Assembly: GCA_965112155.1 (NCBI GenBank)
Contig: OZ218104.1
DNA from: Podarcis liolepis
Taxonomy: Eukaryota
Strand: one strand, 5' to 3'
DNA: 64,000 bases
This document shows, in pieces, positions 12,001-22,776 of this stretch (position 1 is its first letter; the number at the start of each line of letters is the position of its first letter). The notes under the pieces were generated by a model. The model was given only the letters and a program-made list of their open reading frames with translations, had not been told where the DNA came from and made no database searches. The translations under genes were made by a program, and so were the position numbers.

Positions 12001-15000
12001 AGGGAAGAGGCTGGCTTCCCACCACTTGCCATGGCTCACAGCCCCCAAGGCAGAGCCCTAAAGGGTCCTGTATTTTTGCTCCTGTCCCCATGCTCCACCT
12101 TCCATGCATAGGGCTTGTGTGTCTCTAAGTAGCAATGAGGATTCTAAGCTTCACAATGGAGCTGGGAGTCCCCCTCTGCACCCCGCCTAGCATTTTTGGC
12201 ATCGAAACTGCCTCAGCCACAGCAGTGATCCTTTCAGCCACCCCCTCCTCCTGACTGAAGGTCTCTGTCTGCCCCTCCTCTGCCCTCCCCCCGCTCCCGA
12301 GACAGGGCCTTTTATGGTGACTTGGCATGAGCTGCTGGTGAGTGTGGAAACGGCCATCTTCCTAATGCCAGTGAGCCTACTGATCAGCCACATCTTCCAG
12401 CTGGTCCAGCCCCCAGCCCCAAAGCCTCCGGCTGCCAGCCCTGAACTCCTGCAGACTGTGATGCCCCCCAAGCAGGTGATGCCCATCACACGAGTCAAGC
12501 AGGTGAGACCCCCTCCTCACAAGTCCCTCCAGTCAGCAAGAGGTTCTGAGCGGTCAGCCTCCGCCCTGATGGGTGCTTGGCACCTTTGCCCTGCTCTCTC
12601 CATTGCAGGAGCTGGAGGAGACCCTGGGCTTCCTCTACAAGAACAGCCTCTGCCAGTGCAGAGCCATGGACAAGTTCCCTGGGACTTCTGAGCAAGTACC
12701 AGAGCTTGTGGCTGCTCTGTGTGACCTCATTGAGTCCCACCTCCAGCACCAGAAGGACCTGGAAGGTCCCCCTCAGGGTAAGAGTAGCTTGTCTTGGCAA
12801 CAGATGCAAACACCACTCCCTTCCTCTCAGACAGAGAGTGCGCCACCCTTCCTCATGCTCTGTGCACCAGTTTGTACCTTTGGGGAGCTGAGCAACCCTT
12901 GACTCAATTGGAAAGAGGAGGGGGAATTAAGGCTCTGTAGGGTGAGAGTGATGCCTCTTTGTACTTGTTTCCAGAGAGGCGCTTCAACCTCCACAGCTAC
13001 CTGAGCCATGTGCTGAATGACTTGGGGACTCAGCTCTGCAGCCTGGATTTGTGCAGCTTTCCTAACCCCTATGACCGTCTGCATGCAGTGGACCAACTAC
13101 GGAGAGTCCAGCAGCACCTAGAGCAGCAGCAGGCCCAGCCCTGGCCCAGCCCTGAGGGGCCTGGCAGGTAGCCCCCATTTGGAAGCTCCCCTCATCTATC
13201 TCTTCCCCACTCTCCTGGCCCCATTTCCTGGTAACATTATGCAGAGATTGCTCCAAACCCAAAATAGTACTTGGGGAACAAGATCCTCATTTGTAAGCTG
13301 CTGTGTGGCATCTACTGTACACACCCTACATATGTATACAAAGAAACACACCTAGCTAAGGTCAAAGTTCCTTCCATGAAATAGCTTGCAGGAAGAAACT
13401 AACCAGATATCTTCACACTCCAGGGAATGCCTTCAGGGGCTGGGTGAGGAGGCAGGTCACAGTTACAGGAGATAGAAGCTGCCCCCCCAGGACTCACCAG
13501 TGAGAATGGGGGTCGCATATGCAGCAGAGTGTTCATATATTACCCAGAAACAGAGTGAGGCAACAGTCCAAGGTCACCACCGCAGTCGAGTTCAGGCAAG
13601 GTACAATGCAGCAAGGCAGGGCGATGAGAATCAGGAAATAAGGCACCAGAGACCTGTATTATTTCCTGCAACTAGAAGGCTCACTAGGGAGGCTTTATAT
13701 GGTACTCTTGTCTCCTAAACTACACTCATCCACAGCCACTGACTGCTTCCTCACAAGCAGACTGCTGCCTCTGATTCCAGAGACTGGCAGGGGGAGCTGT
13801 TCCACCCCCTGTTCTGACAGTTCCATGAGTTTTTCATCAGGTACTAACCTGGAGGGCCCCTGGATCTATAGGGTATCTGGTTCATCTTCGGAGGACTCTG
13901 TGTCTGGTCCTGTGTCACACTCAGACCCAAAGCCAGCCAGCCAGTTTTCCCAGCCCACCCAATAATGGTCTTTTTCTTAACTGCCTATTGCTTTTTCTGC
14001 TTGGTCTGTGGGACATTTCCCCTCCCCACTGCACAGTTCCCTCCCTCCACTGTTGTTCTCAAAGGCTGAGGTGCCATTTATTCTCCTGTCTCTGTGTCTC
14101 AGGCCCACCGGGCCCAGGAGCGAGCTCAGCAGTTTCCCACTTGAAGACCCTGACAAGGAGAGGCCGCCGTTCTCCCACTGTCTCCCCGGGAGATTCAGCT
14201 TTGCCTGCTGGCTCACAGTGGGGATCATCAGCCTGGTTTCGGCCTTCTTCACAGTGCTCTACAGCCTAGAAATGAGCAGGGACGAGGCTGGGCACTGGGC
14301 CGTCAATATCCTGCTCTCAGTGCTACAGAACATCTTTGTAATGCAGCCCCTGAAGGTAACCTGGTCTTATCTGGAGTGCAGCTAACCTCTCCCCACACCC
14401 TTGCCAGACCCAGAATCTCCCCTCTTCTCCCTGCCTCTACAAATGTCTTTGGTGTTCTGTGATTCTGCAGCAACACTGCAGGGTCAGAGCTCTGCAAGGA
14501 TCCTCAGACCCCACATAAGTCCAGACTCTGTGTTTAATGCTTGTCCATCTCTCCCCCAATCCACACTGGTAATGGGTATAATGTTACTAACCATTCCATT
14601 TGTGGTGGGGCCCCTCCTGCATATTCTGCTAAGCGGGGCCCCAGACACCTGCCCTGTGGGGCTCCCCAATGGCAACCCTGTTCTCTCTCCTTCCCAGGTG
14701 TTGGCTCTGACCTTCCTCTTCTCACTGCTGCACAAGAGGGAGTTGTGGAAGGACAAGGGGCAGGAGCAGCAGCTCTGGTGGGCCCTGGGCCTTGTCACAG
14801 GTAATTCAAGCTCCCCAAACCCCCCTCCCTGCGCCTCCATCTGCAGTGCTTGATAGGGCATCTGCCTGAGTGGCCTCTGACCAAAGAGGGCCTTTTTCCT
14901 CTTGCTTGGGACTGACTCCAGCTTTCCTCTCCCTCTAGCAAGGGGCCTACAACTGGAAGCTTATGGGCAGAGAGACTGGGCAGACCCAGCTTACAGACCC

Positions 15001-18000
15001 CCTGCCCTCCAGCCAATGGTGCGGCCAAAGGAACGAGCCTTGAAAGACAAGAAGTTGTACTCCTTGATCAGAGAGATTGCAGGTGAGACCAGGCACGAAG
15101 GCCAGTAAGGGCGTGGATGGGTTGTGCAACACTTCCTGCTCCCTCCCCACACCAAGCAGGGGTGAAATATGCTCAGCATTCACACTCCTAAGCATCAGTG
15201 GTTAAGGAAGCAAGCCAGACAGAGAATGATACCAAGGTCAGAATGGTGGGAGCGGCAGTCGCCTCTAGGAACACAGGAAGAAACTGCCACATACCATGTC
15301 AGAACATTGGGCTTACCTTACATTTTCATCAAAAAATTGCTTTGCACAAGTAACTACCATAGAGTTAGCAAAATTTTCAAACGTAGGGGGTCCATGGCTT
15401 GGCTTTTGAAAAATAGGGGGTCCTCAGTACAGTGTTCCCTCAGGTTACAGATGCTTCAGGTTACAGACGCTTCAGGTTACAGAATCCACTAACCCATAAT
15501 TAGTACCTTAGGTTAAGAACTTTCATTCAGGATGAGAACAGAAATCACGCAGCGGCAGTGGGAGGCTCCATTAGCTAAAGTGGTACCTCAGGTTAAGAAC
15601 AGTTTCAGGCTAAGAACGGACCTCTGGAACGAATTAAGTTCTTAACCCGAGGTACCACTGTAATTAGCTAATTGGGAACCACTGCTATAAACCATACATA
15701 ACTCAGTGGATGCAGAATCTGCTCAGGACAAATCTTCAGATGTAATTTGCAAAATTTAAACCACCAGCAGGGAACATCATACCCAAGGGCGTAGAAAGGG
15801 GTGTGTGTGCGGGGGTGGGGTGGGGGTGCGGTCTGCCCCGTGTCACTCCTGAGGGGGTGACAAAATGGCACACTGCGGGAGGGTGGGAGACCTGGGAGAA
15901 GAGGCGGCGGAAGAGGACTGGAAGAAGTTTAAAGACTATTTACAAAAACATTATAAGCTGTATGAGTGTTAGGAGAATGCATGACAGAAAATAATACGGC
16001 ATCAGTAATTTAGCCATAAGAGATATGAGTAAGCGAGGTTTAAGAAAATGACGATATTCGAGGTAATATTATGCTTAAGTTAATTGGCCAAATATATGAT
16101 AAAAACATTGATAATCGGGGACATAATATTCGAGAACTATTAATATGATTTGAAATAAGGTAATAAATTGCTGTTTATAACTGTATGACTGAGAACGCAG
16201 GAAAAGGTGATGTGAGGAAGTCCAAAGTTTATGGAAATATGATTTATGGATAAATTGATTTTTAAGTATTTTTTTCTCTTTCTTTTTACTTTTTAAATCT
16301 TTTCTGTTCTTTTTTTGCTGGACTGTATGGTGATGGTACTATATATGCTTGTTAATCTTTCTTCTGTTTAAAATGCGCAATAAATATTTTATAAAAAAAA
16401 AGAAAGGGGTGTGTGTGCGGGGGTGGGGTGGGGGTGCGGTCTGTCCCATGTCATTCCTGAGGGGGTGACAAAATGGCACACTGCGGGAGGGTGGCACTTA
16501 CCGTGGGGCCTGGCCTGCAGCGCGCCCAAGCCATGCGTCTCTCCTGGGAGTGATGCAGTGGCTCAGGGCCCTGAGCTGCCCAAAACAGACTCCATGGGCA
16601 GATCACCACGCCACCCCCCAGGCGGATCACCATGGCGCCCCCATGGGCGGTGCCCCCCACTCCCGCTGCTCCGGGTGCCAGAGCAGCTAGCTACACCCAA
16701 TCATACCTGCAAGTGGGTGGGTTGCTTAGACCTGGAAGGGGTTATAATTTGGCCTGTGAGGTTGTTCCCCCTACGTCGTCTGGCTGTAGGGATGCAAAAT
16801 CCAACAGGACAAACTGTTTCGATCCACTTCCCTTTTCTGACACCCAGTGCAGCTTGTGTTCCTGGCTGTGCTGATGGTTCTCAGCTATACTGAGAGAAGC
16901 CCCAATGAGTTCTACTTTAACAACGCCCTCCAGAGGACCTTCACATCCCACCTGGAAGACATCCTTACCCCAGAGGAGTTGTACGGGTGGATCAGGGTGA
17001 TTTTGCTGCCTGGCCTCCATGGCAATTCTGAAGGTGAGCAGCACAGGGAACAGAGATAAAAGAGACATCCTTCTGTATACAGGCAGCCCTCTGCTTATGG
17101 GCATTCTACTTGTGTGTGACTGCTTTTATGCGGGTCACCACAAAATGAATGACTGAATAAATTGAAACAGTGTACCTTCCCTTGCTCAGGGCCGCTGCCT
17201 GGAAGTCTCTTTTTGCTGCTCACTCACTGTAATGGGAGGGATTGTGGGGAAGGCTCAAGGCAGAAGCCTCAAGAGAGGGAAGGTGTGCCGGGCAGTGGCC
17301 CCGGCGGCACACACTGTATAAATTATAAAAACATGGCCTCTTTAGGCTTTTTCAGTGTTGCCAAAGCTGAAACCTGAAATTTGCCCAGCTTTTCACATCT
17401 GTACAAACAGGTGTGCGTCTGTGTGTTTTGCTTCTAAGCAGCACATTTCTCCCCTCTCTCAATCTTCCAGGTTTGGCCATGGATGGAAACTCTTTCCTTG
17501 TGGGCAGCGTGCGGCTACGGCAGATCCGAGCCACAGGAGCCCCACCAAAGCCAGGGCCAGCTTTTCTCCCACTCCAAGAGGGAAAGCAGGGTCCCACGGC
17601 CAGCTGGGGGCCTCCTGCTGCAGGTGGGAGAGGTCAGGCGAGTGCCTGGGTCTTCCAGAATGAGAGCACCCTGCAAGAGTACCCCATCTGGGGGAAGTTT
17701 GCTCTCTATCCGGGAAGCGGCTACCTGGCAAACCTTGGCAGAAACAAAAGCTACGCCTGGAGGTATGTGGACTGAGGGAGCTGCAGAACAGGCATCAGGT
17801 ACTGAAAGCTCCAGGGGCTCTTTCTGGGCAGGTGTATCTCAGTCTCTGCCCACTATCTCCTGATCTGGTGAAGCTGTGGGAGAGGGTAGGCGAAAGCTAA
17901 AGACCCACAGTCCTGGCTAACAGTAGTGAATATGGCATTGCTAGCTGAAGTCTGGCAGGTGGTACTTGGGGGAGAACTGATCAACTGGGCAGGGCATGCA

Positions 18001-20466
18001 ATAGTAAACTAGAGTTGTGTTTCTCTTCCCCTGCCGCCAGTAGATTTAGGTACAGCCCTTAGAATTCTCTCCCACTGCAAGGTGGATACACAATACAACT
18101 TTTTTCTGCACCATTCCCACCAGAACCCTTCGCTATCTGGAACGGAACAACTGGTTGGACAAAAGCACACGAGTCGTCTTCATTGAGTTTGTTGTCTACA
18201 ATGCAAATGTCAACCTCTTCTGCGCAGTCACGCTGGTCTTGGAGGCCAATGGGATAGGCAAGAGCGTGTAGTAGAGACAAAGGGGGCCTAGCCCTGCAAT
18301 GGGCCTCAGAGGCAGGATGGCTGTCCTGGGACTGTTGGGGAGGGAGAAGGAGAATAGGCGTTCCCTCTCCCTGGGAGCCAGCCTTGCTTGCAGCCTCCAT
18401 GCTTGACCCTGTGCCTGTTTCTGTGGCAGGGGCCTTGTTCAGCAAATCGGAGCTGCAAATTCTGCGCCTCTATCCAGACCTCCAGCTCGTCCTCCAATTT
18501 ATCTGTGCCCAGATCACCTTTCTCCTGCTCATACTATATTACATCTTTGTGCAGGTGAGCAGGGCCTCTGTGAGGCAGCTTAGTTTCCTTAGCCTAGCAC
18601 CCTCTGGATATTGCTGGACTACAACTTCCATCAGCTTTAGACAGCACTCTCAAGGTGCCTAGGGTTAGTGGGAGGTATCAGCCAGTACCAGCTCAGGGGA
18701 GCTGAGATGTAGAACCTGTGGTGGGCCCTCTGGGTGCTGCTAGGCTCCCATCATTCCTGACCATTGCCATTGGCTGCCTAGAGCAGTTGGGCATTTGGAT
18801 TCCAGCAACACCTGGAGTGCCGCAGGAGTGTCATCCCACCCTTGTTTTAGGGCAGTGTCAACCTTGGGTCCCCAGATGTTGTTGGACTATAACTCCCATC
18901 ATCCCTGAGCTCTGGCCTTGCTAGCTAGGAATGATGGGAGTTGTAGGCCAAAAGCATCTGGGGACCCAAGTATGAGAAAGGCTGTTTTAGAGGGTGGTGG
19001 TTTGCGGAGGTTGCTGTATTGCCAGAGAAAGAGCATCACACCACCACTGCTCCTTCCACTTGCATTCCCCCCCCAAACATGTGGCTGCCTGAGTCAAACC
19101 TGCTTCTTCCATGGGGCCAGCAGGGCCGGCAGTTGAAGCAGCAGAAGTGGAAGTACTTCAGCAGCAAGAGAAACCTGCTGGATGCCAGCACCATCCTCAT
19201 AAGTGTGGCAGCTATTGGCCTTTATGTGAAGAGGCGCGTGCTGGCAGAAGGCATCCTGAAGCAGCATCGCCAAGACCGCAACAAGTGAGTGTCTACCATC
19301 CGAAACAAGGGGCAGGCCCCCACTCAGCAGAGGCGGCTTTCACACACCCTAAAGCAAATCTCCCTCTACACCCCTGCCAGGTTCATCAGCTTCTATGAGA
19401 TGGTGGAAGTTGACTCTGCTCTGACATACCTCATTGCTTTTCTGGTGGCCTTGACAACCATCAAGCTGTGGAACCTCCTGCGCCTAAATCCCAGAATGCA
19501 CCTCATCACACAGACACTGCAGAAAGCCTGGGATGAGGTCCTGGGCTTCCTGCTCACACTTCTGGTGCTACTTGTGGGTTACGCCATTGTGGTAAGAAGA
19601 GACCTGCCAACTGCAGGGAAACCAACCAAGGGCGGGGGGAAGAGCCCCCCTTCCTGTGTCCTTATACCCCTCCCCCTACATCACCTTCACTCTCTTGCCA
19701 TCAGTGCAACCTCATGTTTGGATGGAGCATAGATGACTACAAGACCTTCTTTAACTCAGCTGTGACCATCGTAGGGCTTCTCATTGGAATCTTTAATTAT
19801 GAAGAGGTGAGTGCCATGCAGCCCCACTTTAGGCTGAGGCACACTGCCAGGCTGCCCTTCCAGGACACCACAGATCGCAACAGACCCCCAGCCCCATTCC
19901 GCTCCCAGCTCAGCACCCAGAGAGACCTGCATGGATTTCAGCTTTCTGGGTCTAGAATGCCATGCTTCCCTGTGCCCTGCAAAGCACAGCACGGCCAACA
20001 GCTCTCTGCTATGTGCATATGTAGACACAGGGGACATAACTGTGCTCTTCATGCTTAGGTCATTGCTGTGGACCCTGTGTTTGGCGCTGTGCTGATTGTA
20101 ACCAGCGTCATCTCCATGGTGTTTGTGATCATCAACCTGTTTGTCTCTGCCCTCTTGACAACCTTCAGTCGTGAGATGAAGGCTGCCAAGGTAGGTGTAA
20201 GCCCAAGCGGCTGGTGCTGCTCATCGCCAGCCACCAGCCAAGCTTCAAGCAATTAAGCCTTCATGAGAAGCTGCTTGTGCCGCAGCCACCCCTCAGAATC
20301 AGAGTTCACATATAAGGCATCTCTCTCTCTCTCTCCTGGTTCATCACAACAGGCCAGCAAGGAGGAATCCATGTTGCAGCTGATTCAACTGAAGATTTCC
20401 ACCTTGTTTGGAATCAAGAAACAGCTGCGCATCCCAGCAGCTTCCCGAAAGGAGCCACAGGACTGA
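57..20466 (+). CDS. PKD1L3: Polycystin-1-like protein (PKD1L3 by synteny), 5'-incomplete multi-exon CDS: GAIN/GPS, TM1, PLAT, polycystin channel domain
   Basis: Phase-consistent exons read by eye: 57-202, 383-547, 805-938, 1724-1850, 1976-2101 (VASFAFNPF), 2319-2547, 3352-3536 (CYYW..W..DGC), 3712-3942 (GPS CLCNHL|TFF, TM1), 4261-4362, 4684-4862 (PLAT, IRLWHDN), 5673-5819, 11699-11892 (FTRVQRLSCC), 12306-12502, 12609-12777, 12975-13167, 14103-14355, 14698-14800, 14939-15082, 16848-17033, 17471-17762, 18124-18257, 18430-18554, 19124-19284, 19381-19591, 19705-19806, 20059-20190, 20353-20466 (TGA). Tail-to-tail with IST1, as human PKD1L3 is. The paralogue choice (L3 vs L2) rests on synteny. Confidence 0.85.
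1190..1397 (-). mobile_element. tRNA-derived/CORE-type SINE copy (squamate MIR-like)
   Basis: ACAACCCTGTGAGGTAGG...TGACTGGCCCAAAGTCACCCA...GGATTTGAACCCTGGTCTCC is the reverse complement of a B-box head plus CORE body. Boundaries are approximate. Confidence 0.6.
2833..2968. mobile_element. hAT-type MITE (palindromic)
   Basis: TIRs CAGGCTTCCTCAAACTC...GAGTTTGAGGAAGCCTG; near-perfect 8-bp TSD CTGTATGG (2825-2832) / CTATATGG (2969-2976). Confidence 0.85.
5932..6350 (+). repeat. 5' LTR (419 bp)
   Basis: Direct repeat of 10953-11373, identical except for a missing CA dinucleotide (GTTCAGG vs GTTCACAGG). AATAAA at 6279-6284. Confidence 0.97.
6351..6377 (+). promoter_or_regulatory. Primer-binding site of self-priming type
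   Basis: No TGG/tRNA 3'-end complement. ATACCTTCTG (6353-6362) is the exact reverse complement of LTR CAGAAGGTAT (6204-6213). Confidence 0.75.
6404..7450 (+). CDS. gag: Retrotransposon Gag (capsid-like domain + CCHC zinc knuckle)
   Basis: ATG at 6404 in good Kozak context (AAAATGG); PEG10/sushi-like capsid motifs (QEKVAYVINFLEGRA, LRMRQGKDTV, FREGLN, PEPMELG); knuckle CFVCGKPGHLARQC. Confidence 0.93.
   Translation: MEGAVAPVGQGETPALQLTLQDLWQQNLQLKSQVDVLSAALGEHRTMLQSTCGDRVSKTFTVRPRSFKGESSEYMAFKTEISYIIEIKDKEFQSEQEKVAYVINFLEGRAKDCVIPLISRRDVALGNLQIFLQYLDTIFLDPAHETTTARQLLRMRQGKDTVGVYWSNFSLLVQKLKWDLNSPTVAALFREGLNNEILDQLAQMPEPSSLDSLVRTCLQLSLRVERRASEKKEQWRPRWRENNIESTESRAGNVTGRERPEPMELGAARPLPVTTSSMVRGNAGKGRDARRCFVCGKPGHLARQCHNRKGWESLSGADMRHDNCPEELHQGNECPRLEMGACSRVEKQ
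7393..7460 (+). promoter_or_regulatory. -1 programmed ribosomal frameshift signal (G GGA AAC + H-type pseudoknot)
   Basis: Slippery heptamer 7393-7399 in the gag frame. Stem 1 pairs 7407-7414 with 7429-7436; stem 2 pairs 7419-7427 with 7452-7460. Confidence 0.88.
7393..11265 (+). CDS. pol: Retrotransposon Pol (PR-RT-RNaseH-IN-chromodomain), entered by -1 frameshift
   Basis: Uninterrupted ORF 7333-11265 in the -1 frame relative to gag. Motifs: LLDSGA (protease), YLDD (RT), ETDAS (RNase H), HHCC and DDE integrase, GPF, chromodomain VEKILDSR...QYLVAWKG...SWEP. Confidence 0.96.
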   Translation, partial: GKRMSPAGNGSLQPGGEAIEGSHAEPPIPGLTVKVQLQLPNGHSVQVEALLDSGASADFIDQKLVQEHKIALLPLSSPLRVKTIDGRPLLSGEVTYETPPMRMDMGHHSETRAFHVTKLAGHPMVLGMSWLNRHNPVIAWHQRSLVFGSIYCMTHCLGQKGKISVEVMGTEVEGKLMGNESEIPSQYMAYQDVFCEKEADKLPPHRPYDCKIDLVPGAQLPPSKIYAMSEVESAALREFLQKNLQRGFIRESTASGGAPVFFVKKKGEEGAPRLVCDFRILNSQMKPRVCPLPRIDDLLERVRSAKVFTKLDLRGAYNLIRVREGDEWKTSFCTKYGAFEFLVMPFGLQNGSGVFQTFINHVLAGILDQFCVSYLDDLLIYSESMEEHVKHVTQVLERLRTNRLYVKLEKCKFHTQKVEFLGYCISHKGVHMDPSKVQAVVEWEAPKTKKDLQRFLGFANFYRKFIGNYSKITAPLTDCLKGKGPFRWTEEAQKAFDKLKVVFASEKYLMHLDPSKRIKVETDASDRAIGAILLQQDKEGDWRPCAFYSRKLNQSEQNYTIFDKELLAVHAAFKVWRHFLEGASHQVVVQTDHKNLEYWRTARQLNQRQIRWAEFFAGFNFRIEYIPGHQNIRADALSRKPEYMEGEAPPKLREMLRSDQWGCAAVVVDGREFQQLTVTDEFAQKKMEELRKGKGEEEGFKEKDGLLYRRGVLYVPAGELRGKVLRQHHDNPTAGHFGREKTLYQITRQFWWPKLREEVTQYVRGCEVCQRAKAPRAAPAGLLQPMPTPGRPWDVVSMDFITDLPSSHRQTVIFVVVDMLTKMAHFIPCTKIPTAQETAKMFLDNIFRLHGMPSQIISDRGAQFTSQFWKRLMQLLDVELSLTSARHPQTNGEAERTNATLQQYLRCYAGYQQSGWLEKLSLAEFAYNNAMHVSTGRAPFVANYGLHPRAFPGQEEQLAVPAAEQMIEELRCMHEILKEDLEEAKEAYKKAADRHRRVGEEIQVGSWVWLSTKGLPIRGKCKKLEPRRLGPFQVKAQINPVAFKLHLPENMRIHPVFHRSLLSVFVPAHKYQISREPPPFPTMMGEEETEVEKILDSRISRRKLQYLVAWKGLDESENSWEPAEKINVPELQREFHRKYPHKPKPQNWHLQEIFEETDSEEEEFIGFGPPETEESEEEEGGLRGGGDVREELEVFSLSEGESIPQGGEESSESNRREQEEQQGGTGCSQDRQGLSSSSDSEERRYRPALARRLEKRAGKRRERRLRHFESGWSWRSRAQKVSERSDSEEQ
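10930..10952 (+). other. Polypurine tract (PPT)
   Basis: GGGGGGCTTAGGGGAGGGGGTGA immediately precedes the 3' LTR TG. Confidence 0.8.
10953..11373 (+). repeat. 3' LTR (421 bp)
   Basis: Direct repeat of 5932-6350; AATAAA at 11302-11307; followed by TSD CCTTT. Confidence 0.97.
15430..15660. mobile_element. Tc1/mariner (Tigger-like) MITE
   Basis: TA|CAGTGTTCCCTCAGGTTA ... TAACCCGAGGTACCACTG|TA: imperfect TIRs with TA target duplication. Confidence 0.75.
15887..16400 (+). mobile_element. 5'-truncated L1-like LINE (ORF2 C-terminal remnant, 3'UTR, poly-A)
   Basis: Begins with the peptide RDLGEEAAEEDWKKFKDYLQKHY, then an AT/T-rich UTR, AATAAA and an A-run. Flanked by a 94-bp direct repeat. Confidence 0.7.
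18853..18984. mobile_element. hAT-type MITE related to 2833-2968
   Basis: Same internal core (ACTCCCATCATCCCTG...TGATGGGAGTTGTAGGCCAAAA); CAG...CTG ends; TSD TTTTAGGG/TTTTAGAG. Confidence 0.75.
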
Positions 20467-22776
20467 AGTGGCATCATTCCACCTCCCCATTTGGACAGCT
20501 CTTTTCTATTCTAAAATGGGAAGGGTCACCATTTTCCAAGTATCACTAACGTACATGCTATCTTTAAGAATATCAGAGGTCAGCTGGGCTGGCAAGAAAA
20601 TCTATAGGGCTTTTCTCCCACTTTTAAGCTGCTCCTCCCGCTCTTCAGCTAATTTACCATGTGATCTTGACTCAACATTACCTCATGCTACATCCTACTT
20701 CCTTTATCCTTGACACGCCTTTGAGTTGTTGGGACTAACCAAGGCAGAACAAATCTGACTGCCCAGAAATCTCCTGCTGCAGCCCTGCAGGTTGAAGAGC
20801 AAAGCCGATCTTACTGGCTTCCAGCCCAAAGGCCGGTCAAGCCCCTAAACAGCAGGAGCCAGTTTCTTCTCTGCCCAAAGAGGCAGAGCAAAGGAGGGCT
20901 GTTCTTATTAGCCAATCCCAAATACTCAGTGGTGCACATCAATTAAGCCTTACAAATCAATTTATTTTTCATGTCGCTGAGGAACTCTTTACCTATTGCA
21001 GGGCTTAACCCCTGAGGAGACAAACAGGGAATTGTAGATTATACTCCTCTACCCAGCCACAGATTTGAAGAACTCATATGACAAAGGTGGGTCTGTTGAG
21101 ATGCACAAAGGATACACTGTTTCAAGGTGAACCAGAGGGAGGAGACAGAAGGGCGGGTGGGGAAGAAGAGTGACTATTGCCCCTCCCCACCCAGAGAGCT
21201 CAGTTTGCCCAATGAGAGAGATCAAATCCATGAAAGGAATCCAATCCTGCCTTTCCTTAAAGGCAGCCAACCTCCAAGATGCAAGAATCCTTAAGCAGCC
21301 CTTACCTTAATCCAGAGGGGACCCTTCAGCCTGGCCCAAGCAGAAAGCACTCATCCCCCTGCTCCAACCTGTAAAGGTCAGCATAAATCCTACAAGGGCT
21401 AATTTCTCAAGAATGATAGCTTGACAGTTCTATCACATCACTGCAGAGAAGGACAGCTGCTTCAGCACCCAGGCACTTCCCCGTGCCCTGCAGGACAGGT
21501 GGCCCGCTCTTCTGAAGCTGCCCCTGCTGCCACCAACCACAATGTCTTGTGGGAAGCAAGTCTAAAGGGAGCCTCATAAATTCGCCTGTGGGCGGTGGTT
21601 GTGGGCTGCACTGCAGATCCTCAGGTGTGCGATCCAAACTGATAGGACTTGTTCCAAAATATAACTGCGAAGCCAAAGTAAAGGCAACACATTTGCATGC
21701 TCCTTTTTGCCAATATTTCCCCTTCCCTCAATAAACAGTACTTCTTGTTTGACTGGAAGTGTGACTGTCAGTCTGAAGGAACGGCCATGATAAGAACTGG
21801 TGGCAGCTGCCCCTCCATGTTGTAAACATAACATGCCTCCTTTGCTTCCCCTCCACCACTGCCAGAAGCCAGGAAATATTATGTTTCACTTGAGACAGAT
21901 CCAGTCAAGGCTATTCCTCAACTTTATTTAGAATAGAGAAGATACAAACCAATCAAATTGTCCCAGAAAAGCCACAAGAAAGAGTTACATACAGAGTGTT
22001 ACATGGGAGAGCTGAGGTTGGCTGCTGGCACTGCAGCTGGTCTGTAAGAGCAGCAGAAGTTGCTGGATGTGTTGCTGCTGCTGTCACCACCACCACCCAT
22101 GGCTTTGCCCTATAGGCAAGGGAAGAGGCTAGAGAACCAGGAGTGATGGCACATGTCAAGCAATGGCCCTGAACCCAGCCTGATGCAGAGCCACGTTAAG
22201 GCAGAACTGGGCTCACTCAAAGCTAGGAAAATGTGCCTGCTGCTCTGCAAGCCAGAGGCAGGAGGATCACTGAGCCACAAGGAGTGTAGACTGGTCAACT
22301 CCTGTGCCCCACAGCATCCCTCCCCAAAGGAAAGTCATAATGGCCCCGGAGGGCTCCCTGAGAACGCGGCAGGCAAAACAAAGCTATCAGGGGCCCAGAG
22401 CAGCTCCCCTTCCACAGCACATGCCTGGAGGGGGGGGGGCGCTTCTGTCCAACTACGTTGCCCAGAATCTTCAGGTTGGTGTCCCTACACCACTGTCTGT
22501 CCAAATGAGAGGCCACCTACATCACTCCCTTTCCCCTCTAATGCCCGGCTGCAGACTGCAGAGCAATGCATTCGGAGGGATTGTTCCTGCTCCCATCTCA
22601 AAGAGGCTGTGCAGTCCCCCACTCCTGGAGCAGAATGTCAGAAAAGCAGTGGCATTTGGTGTAAGTACAGAAGGGAGAAAGGCCAAGCGGAGGAAGAGGA
22701 ACGAGCACTTGGCCGTGCTAAGAGGGAAGGAGGAGGCAGCAATCAGGCCCATCGGCCCCCTGTTCAGGGGCTCTTT

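Noticed and set aside
13390-13960. Possible degenerate solo LTR in a PKD1L3 intron
   Set aside because: The composition is suggestive, but I could not fix TG...CA termini or a TSD.
21420-21840. GC-richer stretch with ACCACAATGTCT resembling the captured-exon starts
   Set aside because: No frame gave a protein I could recognise, so a second chimeric insert is unsupported without a BLAST search.
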